The position numbers and the translations under genes were made by a program. Shown here one piece after another: positions 1 to 10,300 of a DNA stretch of 64,000 bases. Within the stretch, counting starts at the first letter, position 1; every line of letters begins with the position of its first letter. The stretch is from assembly GCA_965235115.1 (NCBI GenBank), contig OZ249441.1:4836001-4900000 (forward strand), written 5' to 3'. The DNA comes from Laetmonice hystrix. Its lineage: Eukaryota. A model generated the notes under the pieces. The model ran no database searches and was not told where the DNA came from. It saw only the letters and a list, made by a program, of their open reading frames with translations.

Positions 1-1225
1 GACTATACCCCTAGAAACTATATGATTCACCTTTTCGACGATACATGGGCTCAAGTTCAATCACGACTATTATCTACTAAAATGACACATTTTATTCAAA
101 GAACTGTCATGAAAGAATTACAACTTGGCAGTATACCACTGACTAAACAATTACATCTAGTAGTCAATGAGTACGATTCAGCCTGGAGAGAAATCTCTAA
201 GTCCATTTATTGCCACCAGATGGCGACTCTCGTGTCGTGATTTGTCCCAACTCGTTCTGACCTCGCTCTAAATTTAATTCCAAATTACAAAACACAGCGA
301 TCATGACCACATGAAGACCCGAACAACAGGGCCTCAGCTCACCAAACTGCCACTTGTGTGAAAATAGTTTTCCTTTATACGTCTTATTTTTCCCCTCAAA
401 GACTTTTATTTGACTTCAATCCTGCCACCCCTTTCAAACTTCCCAATATCACTGTGTAATACTATGAAGACTTATTATGACCCATATAAAAACAAGATTA
501 GGAAAAACACACATGAAGAACCGTTATATTCATGATCTGTTAACAACAATTTATACCTAAGTAGACAGAGAAAATCTGGCTATGGAACATCTTATCTGAA
601 TAACCCTTCAAACTTTACCCGGACTGTCAATTATAACAACTAACCCGTCACAGAGTAAAACTACTCGATATATTGTACTATAGTGATCCAGGTTATGAGG
701 CAGGTCTTACTTACTAAACACACTTTCACGATGTGATATTATTCATAATTATCACACTTGCACAATTAAACATGACGTCAAAAACTTTCCACAAAGGTAA
801 ATTAATTTCAAAGTAGTATTCATTAGCCTTAGGGGCAATGCAACGTCCAAAACAAGCACAAAGTGCAAATACCGACATTGGACAAGAAAATGTCCTCAAG
901 GACAGTGTAGTTGTCACAGGTTGTAATCTGACCTTCTTGCTATATCCCATGCATGAAGATAAGGGCTAATATATCTTAAATCAACGACCTCCAGGAGTTG
1001 ACCTTTGGTCTCTCTCTAACCCAACTGCCATCAGTGTGCCAAAACCAACTAAATTGACACACTGTGACATTGGTAACAGTCTGCAGCTGGGAACCTTCGT
1101 ATATACAACTTAATTAAGTAAAAAAACATGATTTAAACAGCTGAAGAGAAAGAACACTGCTTCAAAGGGTCGCTATCTAAGGTTACCTCAGTTACGCCTG
1201 TTATGTTTAACAATTCAACTCCCCT

Positions 1226-4200
1226 TCATGGCTGGCAGAAATCATCTGTTGAACCACTGAAATCTGCACTATCGATCGAGTAGAAGGAGTTAGTATCATA
1301 TGAGGGGGCGTGGCCAGTCAGAAATGAATCCAGGTCTTCTGTTGAGGTGGTTTTGTTACAACATGTCCCTCCCTCGTGGTGGTGGCAGCCACACTCGGGG
1401 CCATTGGGACATTGCGTCGCCCCAGTTCCATCGCTGTGGGCAGGCTGGCCAAGATGCATACCAACAGGTCTGTCTTCGACGTTGGGTGATCGCAAAAGTT
1501 TCCGGTTAGACATCATTTCCTCATCTACTATGTGTGTAACTGCCAACTGCTGACCAAAGTGTACTCCCACCGGTCGGTCCTCTTGTTTAGGAGACATCCA
1601 CATTGAGCCGGAATCTCTCTCCCTTGGCTCATGCATACTTTTATTTTTTGGCGTCAACAACTGCGCTCTGTTTGAATCCAAACTGTACAACATGTGGGGC
1701 TCGATGTCTGAATGCCTTGCACGTTTAGCCTTGCTGTAATTCTCCGGAGTTGACGACGTCCAGGTCCGTCTCAAAGCTTTGGTTTTCCTCTCCTTCCAGG
1801 GACTGTCGACAAGGAAGATACTTCCTGCTGGCCTCACACTGGGGTCCCTACCTGGAGGACAGGCATTCAAGTGGGCTTTACTGGGAGCAAGTTCTTCCCC
1901 ATAGAAAAAACTTCCAGCTCTCTTCCAATCAACATGGGGCCTCTCGTTTTGAGCAAGTGACTGCGTGTGTGGATCTGTGCTAAACGTTCCTCCTGACTCT
2001 GCAGAACCCGAACACGATGACAGACCTCCCCGGATGATGGCCACAACTCGGCCTCCACTTCCTTCCGAATCAAGATGAAACCTCTCAAATCCCCAGCTGC
2101 TCGCCTCACTTTCAGGCCTTTCGTCTAGAAACGGTACATCAGGCCCCATCACTGCATCCTCTGAGCTTATACCAGAACCATCTTCGCCTGCTGTGTAACA
2201 TTTGTGGACAGTTGGCATGACAAGACTGGATGGGGTGTGAGGACTCCTAGAGATGGCCTGCTCTTCTTCCATGATCACCTCCTCATGTTCAGGTCCAGGT
2301 TCTGAGGCTGACTGACTCAGTGCAGAATGCCACAGTTGCCAGTTATCCAGGCTGTCACTGTGGGAATCCTCACAGCCAGGACCTTCTGGATGGACCAGTG
2401 GTTGTGTCACACACCCCTCTTCTGTGCTCTTCACCTTCTTGGCAGCTGGAGATTTGGTAGATTTGTCTGAGAAGTGTTCTGCATGATAAGCTGCAAACTC
2501 GGACAACTTTTGCTGCATGTCCTCAGCTTCTTCAGGCCTAACAGGCATGGGTGCTTTACCAAAGAAGGCATCTACAATGTCCATTAACTCACTAGTTTTG
2601 TCTTGTCTTGAAGGTGTTCTGAATCCCTCAATCAGCATAGGGCTGTTACTTCTGAGAACTGGTGAACTGTTGTTGTTCGGTTGTTTCCGGACCACAGTCA
2701 AGTTGTGACCGTCTCCGTCGTCAGTGTCAAAGAAGGTTCGGACATCTTCATTGGTAATGAGACTTTCATCACAATCCTTTTCTGTGAATAACTGTGAGGT
2801 TCCTGGACAATTAGACCCCTTGAAGTCATGACTGCTCGTCACCCACTTGAAGAATTCTTCATTCATCATTTCATAATACGTACGGCCTTCAGGATTAGCA
2901 TTCAGGTTGACATTTAACCCTTCATAGCTAACCTCCTCACAATTTTCAGTCTGACATCCTTTTGCTAAGCATACTTCAACTTCTGTTCCCTCTTGCCTTC
3001 GTCTTGCTTCCTTCTCTAGCATGTGATCCAAGTATGTGGTTCCTTTCTGGACTGACCGCTGTGGATCTTCTGTGGTTAGCTCAAACTGAGCTTTCTGCAA
3101 GGCAACATCCACCAAACACCATGCCATGAAGTCTTCCATCTCAGTGCCCGGGGCATTCTTAATCGGGCTGGTGCCGAACACAGCTTTCTCCTCTGGCTGA
3201 ATGTTCTTCAATGTGTAGCTGACAAGTTCTTCCGCAATTTTTTCCTCTGCGTCATTGTCCTCTGGCTGAATTTTCTTCAATGTGGAGCTAACGAGTTCTT
3301 CTGCAATTTCTTCATCTTCATCTGTTTGCTGTGCTACATGTACTTTGTTGAGGACTTCGTCTCTGTCCGACGCTTCATCTAGATAGCTGAAGAATCTGTC
3401 CACACTATCTAAAACTTCCTGTTGATTATTGTCCCTTTCTTCCTTTGCCTGTGGTATGATTAGGCTCTCCTTCACTGCTTTGTTCTCAGAGGTCTTTTTA
3501 TATTTCTCCAGAAGTGCTTCGACACGAGTTTGGGCTGTTTTCAATCGATGAGTCTGTGCAGCTTCTTGTGTGCATGTTGCCTCGTTGAGCATCATTTTAC
3601 GTGGTAACTTTGGAGCAAAAGCTGAGCTGTTATTTGCTATCCACCTGTCTCCTCTGTCTGGAGAGGATTCTACCCTCCACACCTCAAGAGACCTCCGTCC
3701 TCTTCTGTAAGCGTCAGACGCAGTGAATTCACTGACCAGGTGAGGTTCGTCCTTGCATTCCTCACTTGGTTCATCATAGAGAATCAGAACATTGCGAGCA
3801 TCTTCTGGGCCTGCCAGAGTGACCCGTCGGTCCTTTTTAACGGGCCTGGACCTGGGGGCTTGTTTTGATGACACATCATTTCCTTCATGCCATCTATCTG
3901 GGTCAGTAACCACATACGTCTTTTTTACGTTTCTCCTCAAAGATAACCTCTTCCGCAATGACCCAAAAAGCGACTGCTTCTTCTTAGGGGTTTCTTCCTT
4001 GGGTACTTCATCCCCTTCCTTGGGTACTTCATCCCCTGTAGGTTTGTATGTATTGAGACTTGGTGGAGCATCTTTCTTCCTATGCAGAGAGAATCTCTTC
4101 CGTTTGATGCCGGTCTTTTTTTGCTTGTCTTTCTCTTCACTTTCCTGTTTTGTCTTCTCTTCATGATGCAAACTTTCACCCTCTGCCCCAACATTTCCTC

Positions 4201-6219
4201 TCTGTCTGGGCCACGTACCAAACCCTAGACCAAACAAAGACTTCTTCTTGGGCTTTTTCTTGTCTGCACTTTCTTCTTTCACAAATGCGTCCTTGTTGAT
4301 GTCCATAACTTTCCCAGTGCTGACTGACTTGCGCTTTGAACTTTCCAAAGTTTCTTGTTCTCCAGATCTACGGTTAGAAGTGATGAAGTGCCCCAATGTT
4401 TGGGGTTTGTTGGATATGGCCACATCATCCATGCTTGCAGCTTTGGTACCCGTCAATGGATACTGTGGCACTTCACTACTCGTGGTTTCAACACTGTTGA
4501 TGCTGGCAGCCCTCAGCAGCTCTAGAGACCTACTAACTTCAAGGCCAGGCTGAAGAATTGAGTAGCGCTCAGACAGACGGCGTAGTGATGGCGAAAGCCT
4601 ATTTGTTTCCTGCAAAGTTTCCAGATAGGTGGGTTTCGTGATTTCCTCTGGTACTTCTCTGTGCTCATCTTTAGAGACGGCCAGAAACTGATCACATTTA
4701 TTGTCATCGTCCTTGGTGTCAATTGGGATGACTGCCATTGGTGACACTTTCCTGGTTGGTTTCCGCAGGCCGGTGAATGGAAACAGCCAAGGCCACCTGT
4801 GTGTATGTGACTTGGGTGATTTCCTGTCCATATCTTGGTCAGGATCAGGACTCACTAACTCCAACACATCAACTGGCTTGACCTTGGAATGACCTTCAGT
4901 GACCTTTTCCACATCAGTAGTCTTTGCAATAGAATCCTCCAAGCTGGGCATTACATCTTCCTTGTCAATCTCTCCTTCACTCTTCCTAAGTTTGCTTCTT
5001 TTGCGATGCGGAGAAATGGCAGCGAACATATGGGCAGCCCAGGTCCTGAATCTGGTTTGGCGTCGATTTCCAGAGAAAGGTTTTGGTTGTTCAGGTGGGA
5101 GCTCCTGGGCATCGGTTTCGAGTGGCAGCAGATCGTTTTCTTTGGCATTGGTTGGAGATGAGGGATTCAGTTCTTCAGAGGGGTGCTCTGTGATTCCCTC
5201 ATCCTTCCTATCCTCACTTTCTAATCCTGAGTTGATGTTCCCAGTAGCATTAGTGACAAGCTTCTTCCGATTAAGTTCAAGGCTATCTTTGATTTTCTCA
5301 GCATGAATCGTCCCCATGGCTTCTGTTTCAAGTGGGATAAGATCTCTTTCTTTGGCATTACTTTGCGAGTTTGGTTTGATGAATTTACTGTTTCCTCCAA
5401 AAGACACCCATTTCTTTATTGAAGGGCTGCTGCTGTTTGGTATGAAGAATCCGCCCTGGGTGTCATATCCCCACAGTACCGGTGCTGACCGAGTCTGGCC
5501 ACAGTCTTTCGGACTTCGCTGGGTCAGTTTAATATCAGTCAGCAGCCTCCCACCTGACGTCACCTCCACACTTACGCCTGCTTGAGAAACTTCACGTTTA
5601 GATTCAAAAACTCTGGGCTTTTTCTTCGGGGGTTTCTCAGATCCCAGAACACGCTTGGGAGGACTTTCTTGTAGAAGGAAAGCTGGGGAATCTTTCGGGG
5701 TGCCCTTTGATCTGCGCTTGCGGAAGGTCATCTTTGGAGGTGGGGTGCACCTTGCCTGACTAAGGGAATTGTGGTCAATTGGTACATCAGACAAAGATGA
5801 AGTTTTTGAAGTTGCAGACCTTCTCCCATCAAATACATTTGGTTCGCTAGCTTTGAGAGCTTCAAGTAAGGGTGACTTAACCTCAAAGTTATCTGGACTA
5901 CATGGAAACATCATGCTCTCACCAAACTCTACCGAGGTTGGACTAAGAAACCTACAGCCTTCACTATCTAGGCTTGTATGGTCAGCATCATGGAGAGGAT
6001 CCTCGTCGTCTTCATCAGCAGTGTATTTGGAAGCATCCAGTGCCTGAGATCCTGTGCTGTCTTCGAGACAGCTATGGGTCGGTACTGTGTGACCGTCTTT
6101 GGAAGCTGCATGTTCAGGAATCACCTCAAGGGGCTGACTGCTGGCTGCTGTCTCAGACTGAACACATGATTGATCCAGGTGAGCCTCATCACTACAGCTT
6201 ACGTCCAAGCCACCATTTA
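1226..6219 (-). CDS. Giant (~4994 nt) low-complexity coding exon/ORF, probably an alternative terminal exon of the SH3 adaptor gene
   Basis: Uninterrupted 1742-codon ORF (1226-6454, TTG start). A polypyrimidine acceptor tgtgtcttctctttccctcag|TA at 6219 is phase 1, matching the phase-1 donor at 7342. The sequence is rich in S, E, K and P with basic clusters, and I recognise no globular domain. TGA stop at 1228-1226. Confidence 0.75.
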
Positions 6220-7066
6220 CTGAGGGAAAGAGAAGACACAGTTCCACCATCAGCAGGTGACCATGCTGCCAAGTAGCTGTGTACCAACCTTCTCGAACTG
6301 GCAACGAACAGTGCCAAAAACGTCCAACTCCAATCAAACGAACCAACAGGAACGCAAAAAAGATAACATGGAACCAAAGGCAAATATTGCTTTCTTCCAA
6401 GAACCCTTGTATTATGAAGGGCTCAAAATTGCTACGTGGGGTCAACAAATGCAATCGATTTGACCAATGGAGACCATTTTGAAAAACAAGGTTGCCACTT
6501 TTTATTCCTAAACAGTGTCCCTGGCTCCCAAATAGAAAAAGTTGATGCCTAGTTGGCTGCTAAATGTTTTGGCCAACTTTGAGCCCTGGTATAACGTCTG
6601 AAATGAATAACTATTTATAGTAGCACTAACTCTCAGGAAGATGCTACCAGCCCATAGAACCAAGAATTATGATTTTATCATATTGCACGAGGGTCATGTT
6701 TCATGTAATGTGTGTGCCATTCTTGGTATCAGCTCTGTCAATATTTGGTTTACTGGGTAAGAAATCATTCCAGGCATCTAGAGTGATGTTGAGATATGCT
6801 ATTTACTTCAATATCTCCCACAACGGTCAACCTCCTCTTTCATTCTATCTATCTACCTGTCTACCTCCCTATCCTTCTCTCTTTACTTTACTGACTGACC
6901 TAAGTCAGAAACAAATGTCAGTGACAATATGTCAAAGTGAATGATACACCATCATTCAAATGTAGAAAGATTTCCCACTATGTGGAAGGGTTGGCAGGTA
7001 TGTGATGTCGATACAAGTTCTGGGATTAACATTATCAAACAAACATGTCCAGCACAAGACACTTAA

Positions 7067-7304
7067 TGCCTGCCACACACTATACGATTTTCCTATGATC
7101 TGATCGCATTCTGGGGCTTACTACCCACTTACGACTCGCCTACGACAATCGGAAGGGGTCACAAGGCCCCAAACAGCTGATTAGAATTTTGAATCAGACC
7201 ACAATCGGATCTCAAAGTGTGCGCGGGCTTATGACTCGAGTTGTATAGTGTGCGTGGGGGTGTGATTTGCCGCCCACTGGGAATCGTATAGTGTGTGGCA
7301 GGCT
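7067..7304. mobile_element. PIF/Harbinger-like MITE
   Basis: 22-bp perfect TIR GCCTGCCACACACTATACGATT (7068) / AATCGTATAGTGTGTGGCAGGC (7282-7303). Flanked by TAA and TTA (TWA-type target). Confidence 0.7.
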
Positions 7305-7341
7305 TTATGCACTCCTTAGTTATTAAAATTAAAGAAGTTAC

Positions 7342-10300
7342 CTTTTTTGTCCTCAGAGGCGTCCCTTGGTGGTAGTGTGGGCGGCTCTTTGGGTAACGGA
7401 GGCGGGGCCTTTTTCAGAGATGACGACTGCAAAAAGTTACAGACTCATAACAGTGATGGTTCAAACTTATAGAATCAAATATCCAGTTTTGAAAATTTTA
7501 TGTGGCACATTCTATTAAATCGTAAGTGCAGGTAACCTAAGATATCTTCTCTCTTTATTATCAGGACTTGATTTGGTAACTATTAATTTCCAGGCTCAAT
7601 GATCCTACCTTTTCCTCCTTTGGGTGTGCTGGTGCTCGTTGTGGCTTTGGCTCTGTTGGTTCAACTTTCTCAGAAGTTTTCTTGTTTCCTATGTCACCAG
7701 TTCGTCTCAAGTTGATGGGACCATCTTTGAATATATTCCCTAGTCCTACACCCATAACCTTCTTTGCTGGGATGACATCTTGCTTGTCGGAATCTGGTAG
7801 AAGACAATATATTTTTGTAAAATTGATACATACAGATCCATGATTTTTTTCCCTATAGACCCCTACCAAATATACTCAATTTTCATCCCCCAGCACACAC
7901 ATCGTTTGATCATTTTCCCCAGGTGTGGAAACGTGTGCCTCCCCATAGTCTACTCATGGACTATGAGGGTGTTTTGGAACCACCCCTCCAAAAATTGGCA
8001 CACTAATATAATTCATAATGATATTTAAAGTACTGCACCGTATATGAATGTGACTTAGACATTTCGTAGTCCTTAAGCATATTTTGTCAATGTGGAGAAA
8101 CTTGTCTTATGACAGCCCCACAAGTGAAAGCGAAAACAGACATACCTGTTGGTTTCTCCTCCGAGTTTTCATCCTCGACCACCTCTACAAAGTTGGAAGG
8201 GAACATTCCCATCTTGCCGTTGATGCTACCTTCCCACCAACCTTCCTCCTCCTGTAAACAACAGCCACAGTCTCACACAATGATCACCAACATAGCCGAT
8301 GGCAAGGCCAAGTTCACACGTTACCATTCCAAAATAGGTTTCCTTCAAAGCAACCACCAATTACAGTCGACTGTAACCATAACAAAATACTAGATCTTCT
8401 TTTTAACTACCCTTCAATTCTGAATAACTGACTCTTTCTAGTAAGCAGCTTGCAAGCAGACTGTCCACTTCTGATCTAAACCTAACGTGCGATTATTACT
8501 TCAACCAATAAATGATAAATCTGGTATGTATCATGCATATAACCACAGATCTTTTGCAATAAATTACCCACAAATGACTACGGTGGAAGGAAACAGGAAC
8601 GTTGTTCTGTTATTATCAGGATTAAGTTGTCCTAATGAGATAAGGCAATCCTTGACCTGTTTTACCTACTTCATGTCCTTGGACCTTAGCTTACAGATCT
8701 GCCTCAGGGTCAGGCTACACCGGCCCACAAACCCACAAACCAACTCTATAAATATGTCTAAACTTGTCCAGTTATCATTCAGTTTTTTAACAGTAAAGCC
8801 ACTGTTAGATACATGGCTGTGTACACGGAAGATTAAGGTAGTAGAATTCAATTTACAAGTGACCCAACCAAGGTTGTTTTAAAAAGGCCAACCTATACTT
8901 ATTCTTATCGTCTATCCATATACCAGTAAATGGAAGCAGATATAAAAAAATTCTGTTTTATTTTTCATAAAATAATTTTTTTCTGACTCGCAAGTATTTT
9001 TTTTTCCACTCATGTTAGCAGAATTTTACACTTAATTTATTTTGACCTCATCCCTACAGTTGCAGACTCACCTGTTTGATAATGTCCACTGTCTCGCCAA
9101 CCTCCAGTCGTAACTCGTCTTCATTTTCTGGCATGTAGCTGAATGCTACTTTGGCTCTCATCTTCCGTTTGGAGTGATCTGTAACACGAAGGTGCACTGC
9201 CATTATTAGCGTCTCTCAGCAATCCAATCAGAGCCTCCCAGTTGGCTGTGATGGTTTCAATCTCTCGCTGCGACAAACCTCTTTAGTTTGCCTCACCCTG
9301 AGGTATAGCGTCCTCGCGACCCTGTGGTGTTACACAAACTTAATCAGAGGTAAATAATGATGTCCTGAATTGTTCAAATATTTCTCGTAACCAGCGGCAG
9401 GCTAATCTTGTTAAGGAGACGTCACCAAATGCTAGCACTGCAGCCAAACTGCCTGTAAGTAGGCTGCCGTCGAAATTCACACCACCGGTAATCCTCTACC
9501 AACTGTCACACAGTAAATCCACGACCTGCTAGATAGGACCACCTCACACAGTCTGACCTCAATTTGGTATTCTCCCCAAAGGAAGAGATCAACTTGTTCA
9601 TGTCCAAACGCTAGGAGCTCCTGCCTTACGGTCAGTGTGACAGAGTACTACCAGTCCTTCAGTTGGACTCAATTGGCCTCCGTTATCACTGACATGATAA
9701 TAGCTCAAGGGTGACCTTTACACATACAATGTCTCCACCACTGTTTAATGTAACCTCTGGCATTTCCTGCTTGGCTTTTGTTAGTCTCCACTTACAAATA
9801 TGCAGATCAGTACACGAGTTCAGCAGTCGTTCCGTTCATCACGGATATGTAACTATATTATACTATACATAATACTATGTATTGGTAAGGACATGCATAT
9901 TACTCTGTATTGGAAAAATCCAATAGACCCTTACAGAGTTCAACAGAAGAGCAAAGAATAAAATCTGTAATATATTTGTAACCAGTCCATAACTGGCTTA
10001 CAATTTCTCAGCTGTGAAATTTCACAATTCCACCTTCTGATAACACGCCCCCGTCACATTGCGAGGTGTTCCCCTCTTTCTGACAGAGAGCAATACCCCC
10101 ATTCTGAGTTCTGAGTCAGAACCGTCGGCTGGGAGAGTGGAAGGTTGGCTTTGTGACCCATGAACAGGTACTGTCGAGGTCACTCACCTGTCAATGACTG
10201 GAGGTTCTCTCAACTCTAACTCAGTCACTCTGTGGTCTACTGGCTGTTTACTGGTCCAAAACTCGTCCCAGCCAAGTTCATACCAACCCCCTCCCTCTGT

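Noticed and set aside
1300-6482. Plus-strand ORFs overlapping the giant ORF
   Set aside because: They are antisense shadows of a long coding frame, are short, and show no homology.
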